Assembly: GCA_017406465.1 (NCBI GenBank)
Contig: JAFQYM010000009.1
Coordinates: forward strand, 8,221-72,220
DNA length: 64,000 nt
Direction: 5' to 3'
Origin: Kiritimatiellia bacterium
Lineage (GTDB): Bacteria; Verrucomicrobiota; Kiritimatiellia; RFP12; UBA1067
Made by a program: the position numbers and the translations under genes. Shown here in pieces: positions 37,669-47,791 of this stretch. Positions within the stretch are counted from its first letter, which is position 1, and the number at the start of each line of letters is the position of its first letter. Under the pieces are notes generated by a model. It made no database searches, was not told the origin of the DNA, and saw only the letters and a program-made list of their open reading frames with translations.

Positions 37669-37679
37669 ATTATACCATA
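37669..37679 (-). promoter_or_regulatory. Extended -10 element TATGGTATAAT upstream of tRNA-Pro
   Basis: Same 11-mer, 20 nt upstream of the mature tRNA 5' end. Confidence 0.5.
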
Positions 37680-37682
37680 AAT

Positions 37683-38087
37683 TCAGTCGTCGCTCGGAAT
37701 TGTCCTGCGAAGACGCTTGACTTCCGAATGTGCGTGCTTGTCGTCGAGCATCTTCTGCTTCTGGCGACGGCTCCTGCGGCGCTTCTGGCGACGAATTTTC
37801 TCGGCGGCCTGCCGCGCGGCGGACTTGCGGCCTTTCTCGCGCTCGAGAATGAGCTCGGCGAGCATGCGCCGCGCGAGCCAGCGGTTAGTTTCGCGGCTCC
37901 TCGTCTCACCACAGCGCACCATGAGGCCGCTCGGCTCGTGCGAAAGCCGCACGACGTTCGACGTCTTGTTCGTCTTCTGCCCTCCCGGACCGCCGCCGAG
38001 GATGAAGCTCTCCGCAAGGTCTTCCTCAAAGACCGATGCCTCTTCCATCAGCGCCTTGATGCGCTCTATCGTCTCAGGGGAGATCAT
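37683..38087 (-). CDS. arfB: Peptidyl-tRNA hydrolase ArfB (alternative ribosome-rescue factor, RF-1 domain)
   Basis: GGQ motif GGPGGQKTNKTSNVVRL and a basic C-terminal tail. Start at the internal Met (MISPETIERIK) that overlaps the upstream stop. Confidence 0.8.
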   Translation of the reverse strand: MISPETIERIKALMEEASVFEEDLAESFILGGGPGGQKTNKTSNVVRLSHEPSGLMVRCGETRSRETNRWLARRMLAELILEREKGRKSAARQAAEKIRRQKRRRSRRQKQKMLDDKHAHSEVKRLRRTIPSDD

Positions 38088-38596
38088 GGCGCGGCAGTCC
38101 CCGAAGGCGCAGCAGCAGCCTTCTCCGCCCTGCGCGCGGCACGTCTGGCACGGAACGCGCGGGCGCGAACCACAAGGCGCCTGACTATGAAGTACGCAAT
38201 CGGCGTCATAACGATTGCAAGGAGAAAGCCCCCAAGGAAGAACGACGCCATCGCCTCTGCGCCAAGACGCCGAACGGCCGCCCACGTCCACTCTGTCTCC
38301 GCAAGCCGAGAATACGTGAGCGAGCCGTCAAACAGAAGCTTGTTCACGACGAACGTCTGCGCGGGATAGATGAAGAAGATGGTAACCGGGTTCGTGATGA
38401 ACGTGCCGAGCGTCGCGCCTATCTTCGAGACACGCATCATCATGGCGAGCGGAATCGAGATGATGAGCTGTAGCCCAAACGGAATCGCGCACCCGACGAA
38501 AACGCCAAGGGCCCATCCGGCGGCTATGTCCTCAGGCGGAAGAGGGTCGCGGACCATCTTCTCGCGAAGTCGCCGGAAATAGCCGCGGACGTCCAT
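38084..38596 (-). CDS. DUF2062-family membrane protein
   Basis: MDVRGYFRRLREKMVRDPLPPEDIAAGWALGVFVGCAIPFGLQ followed by 3 TM segments. ATGA coupling with arfB. Confidence 0.6.
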   Translation of the reverse strand: MDVRGYFRRLREKMVRDPLPPEDIAAGWALGVFVGCAIPFGLQLIISIPLAMMMRVSKIGATLGTFITNPVTIFFIYPAQTFVVNKLLFDGSLTYSRLAETEWTWAAVRRLGAEAMASFFLGGFLLAIVMTPIAYFIVRRLVVRARAFRARRAARRAEKAAAAPSGTAAP

Positions 38597-38598
38597 CG

Positions 38599-39792
38599 TC
38601 AGACGGTGTGCACGAAGAGCCCCGAACGGAGCTTCGGCTCGAACCACGTGGACTTTGGCGGCATTATCGCCCCCGCGTCGGCTATCGCCATCATCTCCTC
38701 GACCGTGACCGGCTCCATCGCGAAAGCGACAGCGGCTTCGCCCGAGTCGACCTTCGCCGCAAGCGCCGCGTCGCCGCGGATCCCGCCCATGAAGGAAATC
38801 CTCTTGTCGGTGCGCGGATCCCCGATTCCGAGAACCGGCGCGAGAAGCTTGTCCTGCAAATAACTCACGTCGAGCGACGAGACAACGTCCGCGCCGGACG
38901 GAATGTCCCACGAAAGATCGGTCCAGCTGCCGTTGATGTACATGCGGCAGTTGCGCGAGCCCTTCTGCCCAATAGTGAAGTTCTCGCTGATGCGCGACAT
39001 GAATTCATACGGCGAGAGTCCGTTCAAGTCGGCGACGAGGCGGTTGTAGGCGAGGATCTTGAGCTGGCTCGCGGGGAAGGCGACGGCGAGGAACCAGCGG
39101 CTCTCGCCCTCGAAGCCGTGCTCCTTCGCGTAGCGCGACGCCGCCGCGCTGCGGTGGTGTCCGTCGGCGATGTAGGCGACGGGGATGCGCGCAAAGAGCT
39201 CCTGAAGCTCATCGGCCGCGCATGAAGAAGCGGCCGCGATCTCCCAGACCGTGTGCCCAATGCCGTCGGGCGCGACGAAGTCGTACAGGGGCTCGCGGCG
39301 ACAGGCATCGGCGACGATGAGGTCTATCGCCTTGTCGTCGCGGTATGTGAGAAACGCCGGACCCGTGTGCGCAGAAAGCGTCTCGATGTGGCGCGTGCGG
39401 TCGTCTTCCTTGTCCTTGCGCGTCTTCTCGTGCTGCTTCAGGACGCCGGCGAGATAGTCCTGGGTGTCGAACGTCGCAACGATGCCCGTCTGCGAGTGCG
39501 AGCCCATCGTCTGCCGGTAGGCGTAGAACTTCGGCTCCGCGTCGCGCACGAGGACACCGTCGGCGATAAGCTTGTCGAGGGCCTTGCGCGCCTGCGCGTA
39601 CGCCTCGGGAGACGAGCAGTCCGTTCCCTCGGGGAGGTCTATCTCGGGGCGCGAGACGTGCAGGAAGCTCTTGGGGTTGCCCGTGGCGAGGGCCTTCGCC
39701 TCGGCCGTATCGACTACATCATAAGGAACGGACGCGACAAGAGCCGCGTCCTCCCTGTTCGGCCTGACGGCCGCAAATGGCTGTATCTTCAT
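38599..39792 (-). CDS. DUF1015-family protein
   Basis: N-terminal MKIQPFAAVRPN… and overall length are typical of the conserved DUF1015 family. Confidence 0.6.
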   Translation of the reverse strand: MKIQPFAAVRPNREDAALVASVPYDVVDTAEAKALATGNPKSFLHVSRPEIDLPEGTDCSSPEAYAQARKALDKLIADGVLVRDAEPKFYAYRQTMGSHSQTGIVATFDTQDYLAGVLKQHEKTRKDKEDDRTRHIETLSAHTGPAFLTYRDDKAIDLIVADACRREPLYDFVAPDGIGHTVWEIAAASSCAADELQELFARIPVAYIADGHHRSAAASRYAKEHGFEGESRWFLAVAFPASQLKILAYNRLVADLNGLSPYEFMSRISENFTIGQKGSRNCRMYINGSWTDLSWDIPSGADVVSSLDVSYLQDKLLAPVLGIGDPRTDKRISFMGGIRGDAALAAKVDSGEAAVAFAMEPVTVEEMMAIADAGAIMPPKSTWFEPKLRSGLFVHTV

Positions 39793-39798
39793 TTTGTA

Positions 39799-40410
39799 TC
39801 AGAAGCCGATGTTGACAATCGGCATGAACTGGAATTCCGCGTCGCGGATTATGTTGATGAGGCCGATCTGGAAACCATACATCGTCTCACTGCGGTTGAT
39901 GAGGCCGATCTGGACTCCCTGCGAGTCGCCAGAGACGTTGATCGCGCCGAACTGGGCGCCACGATGGCTCTGAGACTCGTTCCACAGGCCGACCTGGATA
40001 CCGAAGAGGTCCCCGCGGGCGACCGAGTTGTAGCAGCCAAACTGGATGCCGGCGCAGGAATCCCTGACGTCGTTCCTGAGCACGTTGAACTGGACGCCCT
40101 CGAAATACTCAGACCTGCCCCAGAGGCCGAAGTCGACGCCCGTCACGTTCTCCTGCTTGGTGGAGTAGGGGACGGTAATGCGCAGGCCCACGAGATCGGG
40201 CGTCTCGGGGAAGTCCCAGATCGCGATGAAAGCCGGCCACAGCGCGACGTTCTTGCGCGGCGCGTCGACCTTGACTTCGAGCCCGTTGTCCTCGTCGACC
40301 GAGAGGTCGTCGGCGACGTCGTCGACAGTAACCATGTCAGACGACGCAGTCGCAGCACATAAGGGAAGCGCGAAAACGGCGATTGCCGCTATTGCGATAA
40401 GTTTCTTCAT
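39799..40410 (-). CDS. Secreted protein with short Gly/Gln-rich repeats (GxQxGLxN)
   Basis: Signal peptide MKKLIAIAAIAVFALPLCA. Repeats GVQFNV/GIQFGC/GIQVGLWN/GAQFGAIN/GVQIGLIN/GFQIGLIN. TTTATAAT -10 and AGGAGTG RBS upstream. Confidence 0.6.
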   Translation of the reverse strand: MKKLIAIAAIAVFALPLCAATASSDMVTVDDVADDLSVDEDNGLEVKVDAPRKNVALWPAFIAIWDFPETPDLVGLRITVPYSTKQENVTGVDFGLWGRSEYFEGVQFNVLRNDVRDSCAGIQFGCYNSVARGDLFGIQVGLWNESQSHRGAQFGAINVSGDSQGVQIGLINRSETMYGFQIGLINIIRDAEFQFMPIVNIGF

Positions 40411-40475
40411 TTGTCACTCCTGGATATTGGTGGTATGGTGGTTATTATAAACTTTCCCAGCCGACTTGGCAACCG

Positions 40476-40970
40476 TCAATCTACGACAACCTTGCGTATC
40501 ACGACGGCTTCCTCCGGCACATTCTCATAGGGGCCTACCGATCTCGTGCGCGACTTCGCGATGGCGTCGACCACGTCGAGCCCGTCGGTCACGCGGCCAA
40601 ACACGGCGTATCCGTACCCCTGTGCGGTGGGCGCCGTGAAGTCGAGGAAGCCGTTGTCCACGAGGTTGATGAAGAACTGGCTCGTCGCAGAGTTCGGGTT
40701 CATCGTGCGGGCCATGGCAATCGTACCGCGCACGTTTGAAAGCCCGTTCATCGACTCGATCATTATCGGCTCGCGCGTCTCCTTCTGGTTCATGTCGCGG
40801 GTGAAGCCGCCGCCCTGGATCATGAACCCGTCAATGACGCGGTGGAAGATGGTCCCATCGTAGAAACCGCTTTTCGCGTATTCCGCGAAGTTCGCCACAG
40901 TCGCCGGGGCCTTCTCACCGTCAAGTTCAAGGGTTATCGTGCCCTTTGAAGTCTCGATAGTAGCTTTCAT
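40476..40970 (-). CDS. ppiB: Peptidyl-prolyl cis-trans isomerase, cyclophilin type
   Basis: Cyclophilin motifs [14 protein letters not shown] and NGSQFFI-like [10 protein letters not shown]. Confidence 0.9.
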   Translation of the reverse strand: MKATIETSKGTITLELDGEKAPATVANFAEYAKSGFYDGTIFHRVIDGFMIQGGGFTRDMNQKETREPIMIESMNGLSNVRGTIAMARTMNPNSATSQFFINLVDNGFLDFTAPTAQGYGYAVFGRVTDGLDVVDAIAKSRTRSVGPYENVPEEAVVIRKVVVD

Positions 40971-40977
40971 GGCCGAG

Positions 40978-40988
40978 ATTATACCAAA
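40978..40988 (-). promoter_or_regulatory. Extended -10 element TTTGGTATAAT placed 7 nt before the ppiB ATG (predicts a leaderless mRNA); overlaps the gatA stop codon
   Basis: Reverse strand reads ggaagTTTGGTATAATctcggccATG. Confidence 0.45.
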
Positions 40989-42394
40989 CTTCCCCGCAGT
41001 TCTTCAAATGCTTTTGATATTTTCAGGAGCTTCGCCTCCTCGAACGCGCCGCAGATGAACTGGACGCCGACCGGCATCTTCGTATCGCGAGAGAAGCCGG
41101 CGGGGATCGACGAGGCGCAGACGCCCGCGAGCGCCGACGGAATCGTGAAGAGGTCGTTAAGGTACATCGTAAGCGGGTCTTGGAGCTCCTTGAACTTGAA
41201 CGCCGGCGTCGGGGCGCAGGGCGAGAGAAGCGCGTCGCACTTCCCGAAGGCCTCGGCAAAGTCGCGCGTTATGAGCGTACGGACCTTCTGGGCGCGCCCG
41301 TAGTAGGCGTCGTAATAACCGCTCGAAAGAACATACGTTCCCATGATTATACGACGCTTCACCTCGGGACCGAAGCCCTCGGCGCGGCTCTTCGTGTAGA
41401 GGGAAAAGACATCCTTCGCCTCGGCGGAACGGTGCCCGTAGCGGACGCCGTCGAACCTTGCGAGGTTTGCGCTCGCCTCGGCCGGCGCGATGATGTAGTA
41501 GACGGCCATCGCGTACTCGGTGTGCGGGAGCGACACCTCGACGAGCTCCGCGCCCGCCTTCTCGCACTTCGAAATCGCCTCTTCGGTAATGCGCTTCACC
41601 TCGGGATCGAGCCCCTTGACGTCGAAATACTCCTTCGCGACGCCGAGCCGGACACCCTTCATCGACGCACCCTCAAGCGCAGATGCGTAGTCCGGGACGG
41701 GATCCTTTGGCGTCGTACCGTCCATCTCGTCGTGGCCTGCGAGCGCGCCAAGGAGTATCGCCGCATCCTCGACGGACTTCGTCATCGGGCCCACCTGGTC
41801 GAGCGAGCTCGCGAACGCCGTGACGCCATAGCGGCTCACGCGACCGTAGCTTGGCTTGACGCCAACGCAGTTGCAGAAGCTCGCCGGCTGGCGAATGGAG
41901 CCGCCCGTATCGGTGCCAAGCGCCGCGATGCAGAGATTCCCGCCCACCGCCGCCGCGCTGCCGCCGGAGCTACCGCCGGGGACTCGCCCGAGGTCATAGG
42001 GATTGCGCGTCACGCCAAGACCGGAGTTCTCGGTCGACGAGCCCATCGCGAATTCGTCCATGTTGACGCGCCCAGCGGGAATGAACCCATGCGCCTTCAT
42101 GTTCTTGATAACGGTCGCATCATAGGGCGATACATACCCTTTCAATATCTTCGACGCGCACGTGCAGGGCTGACCTGCGACGTTGATCAAGTCCTTAACC
42201 GCGATCGGCACCGACTTCGGGTTCTCGCGCGCGAGCGCAAGCGCCTGGTCCTCGTCGAACGTAAGGTACGCGCCAATCTCGGCGTTCTTCGCGTGGTAGC
42301 GGTCGATGATCGCCTGCGTCAGCTCGACCGACGAGAACTCGCCCTTCGCGATTCCGTCCTGCGCCGCCTTGATTCCAAGTTCGTAGAGTTCCAT
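40979..42394 (-). CDS. gatA: Glutamyl-tRNA(Gln)/aspartyl-tRNA(Asn) amidotransferase subunit A
   Basis: Amidase signature [11 protein letters not shown]. Classic GatA length. Immediately follows gatC. Confidence 0.9.
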   Translation of the reverse strand: MELYELGIKAAQDGIAKGEFSSVELTQAIIDRYHAKNAEIGAYLTFDEDQALALARENPKSVPIAVKDLINVAGQPCTCASKILKGYVSPYDATVIKNMKAHGFIPAGRVNMDEFAMGSSTENSGLGVTRNPYDLGRVPGGSSGGSAAAVGGNLCIAALGTDTGGSIRQPASFCNCVGVKPSYGRVSRYGVTAFASSLDQVGPMTKSVEDAAILLGALAGHDEMDGTTPKDPVPDYASALEGASMKGVRLGVAKEYFDVKGLDPEVKRITEEAISKCEKAGAELVEVSLPHTEYAMAVYYIIAPAEASANLARFDGVRYGHRSAEAKDVFSLYTKSRAEGFGPEVKRRIIMGTYVLSSGYYDAYYGRAQKVRTLITRDFAEAFGKCDALLSPCAPTPAFKFKELQDPLTMYLNDLFTIPSALAGVCASSIPAGFSRDTKMPVGVQFICGAFEEAKLLKISKAFEELRGSLV

Positions 42395-42395
42395 G

Positions 42396-42686
42396 TCAGC
42401 TCTCCGCTCCTTCGACGATCTTGGGGAGGAGGAATTCGTCGCCCACGCGCTTGGGCGCGTTGGCTAGCGCGGTTTCGACCGCAAGCGACGGGCGCACCAC
42501 GTCTTCGCGGAACGCGTTGACGAGCGTACGGCCGTGCATCATCGGCTCCACGCCCTCGACATCGACCTCCGAAATCTTCTCGACGTACTTGACGATGTTC
42601 TCAAGCTGCGGCTGGAACACCGACTTTTCCTCGTCGGTGAGCTCGAGCCGCGCCAGCTCCGCTACATATCCCACATCGATTTTCAT
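42396..42686 (-). CDS. gatC: Glu/Asp-tRNA amidotransferase subunit C
   Basis: 96-aa protein MKIDVGYVAELARLELTDEEK… typical of GatC, 1 nt upstream of gatA. Confidence 0.85.
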   Translation of the reverse strand: MKIDVGYVAELARLELTDEEKSVFQPQLENIVKYVEKISEVDVEGVEPMMHGRTLVNAFREDVVRPSLAVETALANAPKRVGDEFLLPKIVEGAES

Positions 42687-42760
42687 TCCTGACTCCTGAC
42701 TACTGACCCCTGACTCCTGAGTACTGACTCCTGACCCCTAACTCCTGACCCCTAACTCCT
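42687..42760. repeat. Degenerate tandem repeat (units about CTGACYCCTGA / CTCCTGACCCCTAA, 5-6 copies) filling the TolB-like/gatC intergenic region
   Basis: Read directly. On the coding (minus) strand it reads TTAGGGGTCAGGAGTTAGGGGTCAGGAGTCAGTACTCAGGAGTCAGGGGTCAGTAGTCAGGAGTCAG immediately 5' of the gatC ATG. Confidence 0.7.
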
Positions 42761-43922
42761 ACCTAATCCATGTCGGAGTGATCCAGTTTCCATCGGCGCG
42801 GAACATCTGCCGCGGCTCGTCGCCGCCCTCCGAGGGCTCTACGGAGTCAACGACGAAAAGCGCCTTGTCGCGTCCCGCGACGAGGTGGCGGCTGTCGCGC
42901 GACCACACGGGATGCTCCCAGCTGCCTGGCGACGTCACGAGCTTCGCAGTGGAGTCGCCCGTCTTGGGATCCATGACAGCCACCTGGGCAAGCCCGCCGC
43001 GCTTAGTGATGTACGCGATGCGGCCGTCGGCGCCCCAGTCGGGGTCGACGTTCTGCGAGCCCTTCGCCGTGAGGCGGCGCTTGGCCTTCGTCGCGACATC
43101 GACGACGTAGATCTGCGGATGGCGGGTTTCGTCAGAGACGTACGCTATCTGCGTGCCGTCGGGGCTCCACGTCGGCTGGCCCTCGCTCGCGGTCTTGGTG
43201 TTCGTGAGCCGAGTGTAGCGCCCGCCGGATAGGATGTAAAGCTCGGGATTGCCCTGGAAGGACGCCGCAATCGCTACCTTGGTGCCGTCAGGCGAAATCG
43301 CCGCGGGGGACGATATCCCCTTCAGGTTGAACGCAACCTTGCGATCCCCGGTCTCGACGTTGTGCTCGAAAATCTGCTGGCCGCCGTTCAGGTAGCCGAT
43401 GTAGTAGACGGTCTTCGCGTCTTTCCAGCGAGGGCCGACCGCCGCCTTGCCGTCGCTCGTAAGCTGGCGGACGTCCTGTCCGTCTGGATAGCACATGCAG
43501 AGTTCGGATGACTGCGGACTCTTGCGCAACACGCACACGACGCGGTCGCACGCAAAGCCCTTCTGCCCGTTCTCGGACATCGCGGCGACCATGGCGTCAC
43601 TCATCCTGCGCGCGGCCATCCTTATCGCCTTTGCGTCGCCCGCCGGGGTCGGCGCGCTCAGAGACTTGCCGGCGCCGGACGCCGTGACGGTGCCGCCAAT
43701 CGTGCCAGACACCTTGATCGCACCGCCGTTCTCGATCTTGAAGCATCCGGAGAGCTCGAGGTTGCGCTTAAGCGTCTTCATATAAGTATCGGCGCCATTG
43801 CCGCCGACGTTGACCGAGACGGACTTCTTGTCGTGCGCACCTATGCCGGTGACGTCGACGACGGTAGCGCAGTTCCCCGCAATCGCCGCCGCGACCGCGC
43901 ATGCAAATATCCAGTTCTTCAT
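42759..43922 (-). CDS. TolB-like periplasmic beta-propeller protein
   Basis: Signal peptide followed by repeated PxWSPDG blades (AISPDGTKVA, PTWSPDGTQIAYVSD, DPDWGADGRIAYI). Confidence 0.7.
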   Translation of the reverse strand: MKNWIFACAVAAAIAGNCATVVDVTGIGAHDKKSVSVNVGGNGADTYMKTLKRNLELSGCFKIENGGAIKVSGTIGGTVTASGAGKSLSAPTPAGDAKAIRMAARRMSDAMVAAMSENGQKGFACDRVVCVLRKSPQSSELCMCYPDGQDVRQLTSDGKAAVGPRWKDAKTVYYIGYLNGGQQIFEHNVETGDRKVAFNLKGISSPAAISPDGTKVAIAASFQGNPELYILSGGRYTRLTNTKTASEGQPTWSPDGTQIAYVSDETRHPQIYVVDVATKAKRRLTAKGSQNVDPDWGADGRIAYITKRGGLAQVAVMDPKTGDSTAKLVTSPGSWEHPVWSRDSRHLVAGRDKALFVVDSVEPSEGGDEPRQMFRADGNWITPTWIR

Positions 43923-43972
43923 TTTATTGTCCTCCTTAAAGTTAACTCACAAACTTACAACTCACCAACTTC

Positions 43973-45193
43973 TCACGTCGTATAGTCGGCGTTGATGTGT
44001 ACATAGTCGAGCGAGAAGTCGCAAGTGTAGATCGTGCTCTCGGCCGAACCGAGGTGCAGATCTACGACGACCGAGAAGGCGTCCTTCTCCATGACCTTCG
44101 CGAGCCGTGCAAGTTGCTTCTCGTCCGCGACCTTCCCGAAGCGGAACGCCCATACGCCGTCGTAGAAGACTTCCGACTTCATATCTACGACTTCCGCGCC
44201 CGAGTAGCCGACGGCCGCGAGGACGCGGCCCCAGTTGGGATCCTTGCCGAACCAGCTCGTCTTTGCAAGCGGCGACTTCGCGACGGCACGAGCGGCGCGC
44301 TCGGCGTCGCGCTCCGTCTTCGCGCCCTTCACGGTGACGGTCACGAATTTCGTCGCGCCCTCGCCGTCCGTCGCCATCTGGCGGGCGAGCGAGACACATA
44401 CCGTCTCGAGCGCGGCGCGGAAAGCATCAAAGTCCTTGCCAGGCGCGTCGATTTCGCGGTTCCCCGCCTTACCCGACGCGAGGATGAAAAGAGAGTCGTT
44501 CGTCGATTCGTCGCCGTCGACGACGAGGCGGTTGAAACTGCGCCCAACGGCGAGCTGGAGGGCGCGCTTCAGCATCCGCGGCGAAACTGCCGCATCGGTC
44601 GTGAGAAAGCCGAGCATCGTCGCCATATTGGGCTCGATCATCCCGGAGCCCTTCGACATGCCGCCGACAGTCACCTTCTTGCCGCCAATAGTTACAGTCG
44701 CGCACGCCTCTTTCGAGCGCGTGTCGGTAGTCATGATTGCTTTCGCCGCCGCGAGCCCATGAGCGCCGGTGCGTCCGAGCGCTTTGGTAGCCGCTTTCAT
44801 GCCAGCAAGAAGCCGATCGACTGGAAGACGACGGCCGATAACGCCGGTAGACGCGACGAGCACGTGGTGCGGGTCAAGCCCGAGTTCGCCCGCGGTGACG
44901 AGCGCAGAGAGACGCGCGTCCTCGAGCCCCTGCTCGCCGGTGCATGCGTTCGCACAACCGGAATTGGCGAGGATCGCCTGCACCTTGCCGCCCTTCACGA
45001 CCGAGCGGTCGTAGACGACTGGCGCAGCAGCGACCTTGTTCGTCGTGAAGACTGCGGCCGCCGAGCACGGCGCGTCGGCTACGATCAGCGCGACGTCGTT
45101 GCGCCCCTTGTACTTGATCTCCGCCGCGACACCCGCCGCGCGGAATCCCTTTGCGGAACATACGCCGCCCTTTACTTTCCTGCAAACTGCCAT
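43973..45193 (-). CDS. argJ: Bifunctional glutamate N-acetyltransferase / amino-acid acetyltransferase ArgJ
   Basis: ArgJ-family sequence, including the autoproteolytic ATMLGFLTTDAA region. Confidence 0.85.
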   Translation of the reverse strand: MAVCRKVKGGVCSAKGFRAAGVAAEIKYKGRNDVALIVADAPCSAAAVFTTNKVAAAPVVYDRSVVKGGKVQAILANSGCANACTGEQGLEDARLSALVTAGELGLDPHHVLVASTGVIGRRLPVDRLLAGMKAATKALGRTGAHGLAAAKAIMTTDTRSKEACATVTIGGKKVTVGGMSKGSGMIEPNMATMLGFLTTDAAVSPRMLKRALQLAVGRSFNRLVVDGDESTNDSLFILASGKAGNREIDAPGKDFDAFRAALETVCVSLARQMATDGEGATKFVTVTVKGAKTERDAERAARAVAKSPLAKTSWFGKDPNWGRVLAAVGYSGAEVVDMKSEVFYDGVWAFRFGKVADEKQLARLAKVMEKDAFSVVVDLHLGSAESTIYTCDFSLDYVHINADYTT

Positions 45194-45214
45194 TGGTGCT
45201 ATTATATCAAAAAC

Positions 45215-46594
45215 TCACTTGCTTAGAAGACCGAGAAAGCCCTTCCTGTCGGAAAGCTTCACGTACTTGCGCGGCCTGTAGATCGGCTTGTAGGCGGGAC
45301 GGATGATCGGACCTTCGTTCACGAGTTCCTCCATCCGGTGCGCGCACCAGCTCACGCAGCGCGCGACGGCGAAGATTGGCGTGTAGAGGTCCTTCGGGAT
45401 GCCGAGCATGTCGTAGACGAGCCCCGAGTAGAGGTCGACGTTGGCGCAGATGTCCTCGGCGCGCGGATGGCGCGCCTTGATTATCGCGGGGCCGACTTCC
45501 TCGACGGTCTCGAATAGCTTCATGTCCTCCGTGCGCCCGGCCTCCTTCGCGAGCGCTCTCGCTTTCTCCTTAAGGAGTTGCGCACGCGGGTCGGAGATCG
45601 TGTAGACCGCATGGCCGAGGCCGTAGATGAGCCCCGTTCCGTCGCCGGCCTTCTTGTCGGCGATGCGCTCCAGGTAGCGGGCGACCTGCTCGGTCTTTGT
45701 CCAGTCCTTGACGTTCGCCTTGATCTCCTCCATCTGGCGCATGACGCGCAGGTTGGCGCCGCCGTGACGCGAGCCCTTCAGCGAGAGGATCGACGCCGCG
45801 ACAGACGAATAGATGTCGGAGTGGGAAGAGGTGACGACGTGCGTCGTGAACGACGAGTTGTTGCCGCCGCCGTGCTCGGCGTGGATGATGAGAGAGAGGT
45901 CAAGCGTCTCGGCCTCGAGCTTCGTGTACCTCCCATCCTCGCGCATGAGCATGAGCAGCGTCTCGGCCGTCGACTTGGCGGGGTCGGGGTTGCGGATCAT
46001 CAGCGACCCGCCGTCGTGGTAGTGGGCTTTCGCCTGGTAGGCGTAGGCGGCAATCGTCGGGATCGAGCCGATGAGATCCATCGACTGCTCGAGGCACTTG
46101 TCCAAGGACAGGTCGTCGGGAGTCCCCTCGGGATCGTACGCGTAGGCGAAGAGGACGGCGCGGGCGAGAGCGTTCATGATGTCCTTCGAGGGATGCTTCA
46201 TGATCGCGTTTTCCTTGAACCCGTCGGAAAGCTTCCTGTACGCGCCGATGCGCTGCTTCCAGTCAACGAGCTGCCGCGCGGTGGGTAGTTCTCCGAAAAG
46301 AAGGAGGTAAGCCGTCTCCTCGTATCCGAAGCGGTGCTCGCGCTTGTCGGCCTGCACGATGTCCTTGACGTTGATGCCGCGGTAGTAGAGTTCGCCAGGG
46401 ATGGCCTTGCGCTCGCCTTCGTCCATGACGTAGCCGTGGACGTTGCCTATCGTCGTGAGTCCGACGAGCACGCCCGAACCATTGTCGTTTCTAAGCCCCC
46501 GCTTGACGCCATACTTAGCGTAGAGCGCAGGGTCGATGTAGTCGGCCGCACGCGCCTTTTCCGCCTGTTTCTTGAGCCATTTCCTGTCTATTGT
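45215..46594 (-). CDS. gltA: Citrate synthase
   Basis: GLGHAVYT (GHxVY) and HGGGNN/HAEHGG motifs. Start at the internal Met MTIDRKW with GAGGAAA RBS. TGGTATAAT -10 upstream. Confidence 0.8.
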   Translation of the reverse strand, partial: TIDRKWLKKQAEKARAADYIDPALYAKYGVKRGLRNDNGSGVLVGLTTIGNVHGYVMDEGERKAIPGELYYRGINVKDIVQADKREHRFGYEETAYLLLFGELPTARQLVDWKQRIGAYRKLSDGFKENAIMKHPSKDIMNALARAVLFAYAYDPEGTPDDLSLDKCLEQSMDLIGSIPTIAAYAYQAKAHYHDGGSLMIRNPDPAKSTAETLLMLMREDGRYTKLEAETLDLSLIIHAEHGGGNNSSFTTHVVTSSHSDIYSSVAASILSLKGSRHGGANLRVMRQMEEIKANVKDWTKTEQVARYLERIADKKAGDGTGLIYGLGHAVYTISDPRAQLLKEKARALAKEAGRTEDMKLFETVEEVGPAIIKARHPRAEDICANVDLYSGLVYDMLGIPKDLYTPIFAVARCVSWCAHRMEELVNEGPIIRPAYKPIYRPRKYVKLSDRKGFLGLLSK

Positions 46595-46624
46595 CATCTG
46601 GACATTTCCTCGCTTAAAGAGGAA

Positions 46625-46635
46625 ATTATACCATA
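46625..46635 (-). promoter_or_regulatory. Extended -10 element TATGGTATAAT upstream of citrate synthase, just downstream of a murG-terminator-like hairpin
   Basis: Reverse strand reads aatccgccataggcgcgcggatTTATGGTATAATttcctctttaagcgaggaaatgtccagATG. Confidence 0.5.
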
Positions 46636-46670
46636 AATCCGCGCGCCTATGGCGGATTGAATGCGTCACC

Positions 46671-47750
46671 TTACTTTGCTGCGAGTTCGACGAGGTCGGC
46701 GACGCGGGAGGCGGCGTCGGGGGTCGCGAGGGTGCGCATCTTCGTGGACATCTCCGCAAGGCGCTCAGGGCGGTCGTAGCAGCCCATGAGATAGAGGTAA
46801 AGCTGCTTCGCCGTCAGACTGGACTGGATGCCCTCGTCGGCAGCGCCCTTCGCGACAAATGCCTCGGCATTGAAGTGCTGGTGGTTGCGCATCGCCGAGG
46901 GAAGCGGTATCAGCATCGCCGCCTTGCCGCAAGCCGCAAGCTCGAAGCACGTCGACGCTCCCGCGCGGGCAATCACAACATCCGCGGAGGCAAAGGCGTT
47001 CGCCATCTCGCGCTCAAACGCCTGGACGCGCGACTGAAGCGCCGCATGCGCGTAGGCCGCCATCACCGCCCCCTCGTCGGCTGCGCCGGTCTGGTGAATG
47101 ACGTAAAGCGGACGGACTTCCCGCCCGGAAGCCGCCCTGCGGTCTATCTCGCCCTTCATCATCGAAATCGCCTCGCTCGCGAGACGGTTCACCATGTGCG
47201 CACCCTGCGAGCCACCGGTGACAAACACGACAAAAGAGCCCGCGGGTATGAAACCGAAGCGAGTTCCAGACGCGATGTCGGCGCGGACGGGGAGCCCCGT
47301 CTTCACGGTGTCGCAGCCCGGCAAGTGCTTGGCAGTCACGTCGAAGCTGATCGCGACTTTCTTCGCAAAGCGGGAAAGAAACTCGACCGCGCGACCAGGA
47401 ATGGTGTTCGCCTCGTGAAGGACGACTGGCACGCCGCACCCTTTCGCCGCGAGAACCGGCGGAAGCGACGAATAGCTCCCCATCGCAAGCAAGACATCCG
47501 GCTTCGCGCGCCTCATCTCCTTTCGGCAGCGCAGAATCGAGCGCAGGATGGAAAAGGCGTTGCGCGCGGCGAGCTGCTTCGCGCCAGTCGAGAAGACCGC
47601 CCCCTTCCAGTTACGCATGACGCTCGACTCTATGTCGCGCCCCGAGTCCCACACCGTCACGTCGTGTCCGCGATTCTTGAGCTCCTCCGCCACCGCGAGC
47701 CCCGGAAACGCATGTCCACCGGTTCCACCACAAGCTACTACGATCTTCAT
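46671..47750 (-). CDS. murG: UDP-N-acetylglucosamine--N-acetylmuramyl-(pentapeptide) pyrophosphoryl-undecaprenol N-acetylglucosamine transferase MurG
   Basis: N-terminal MKIVVACGGTGGHAFPGL motif. RBS AAGGAG. Confidence 0.85.
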   Translation of the reverse strand: MKIVVACGGTGGHAFPGLAVAEELKNRGHDVTVWDSGRDIESSVMRNWKGAVFSTGAKQLAARNAFSILRSILRCRKEMRRAKPDVLLAMGSYSSLPPVLAAKGCGVPVVLHEANTIPGRAVEFLSRFAKKVAISFDVTAKHLPGCDTVKTGLPVRADIASGTRFGFIPAGSFVVFVTGGSQGAHMVNRLASEAISMMKGEIDRRAASGREVRPLYVIHQTGAADEGAVMAAYAHAALQSRVQAFEREMANAFASADVVIARAGASTCFELAACGKAAMLIPLPSAMRNHQHFNAEAFVAKGAADEGIQSSLTAKQLYLYLMGCYDRPERLAEMSTKMRTLATPDAASRVADLVELAAK

Positions 47751-47791
47751 TTACTGTTTGCTCCTTTATTTTTTCAAGTATCACTAAGGTG

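Noticed and set aside
42687-42760. Possible CRISPR array
   Set aside because: Units are contiguous with no unique spacers. Unit length about 11-14 nt. No cas genes. It is a simple tandem repeat.
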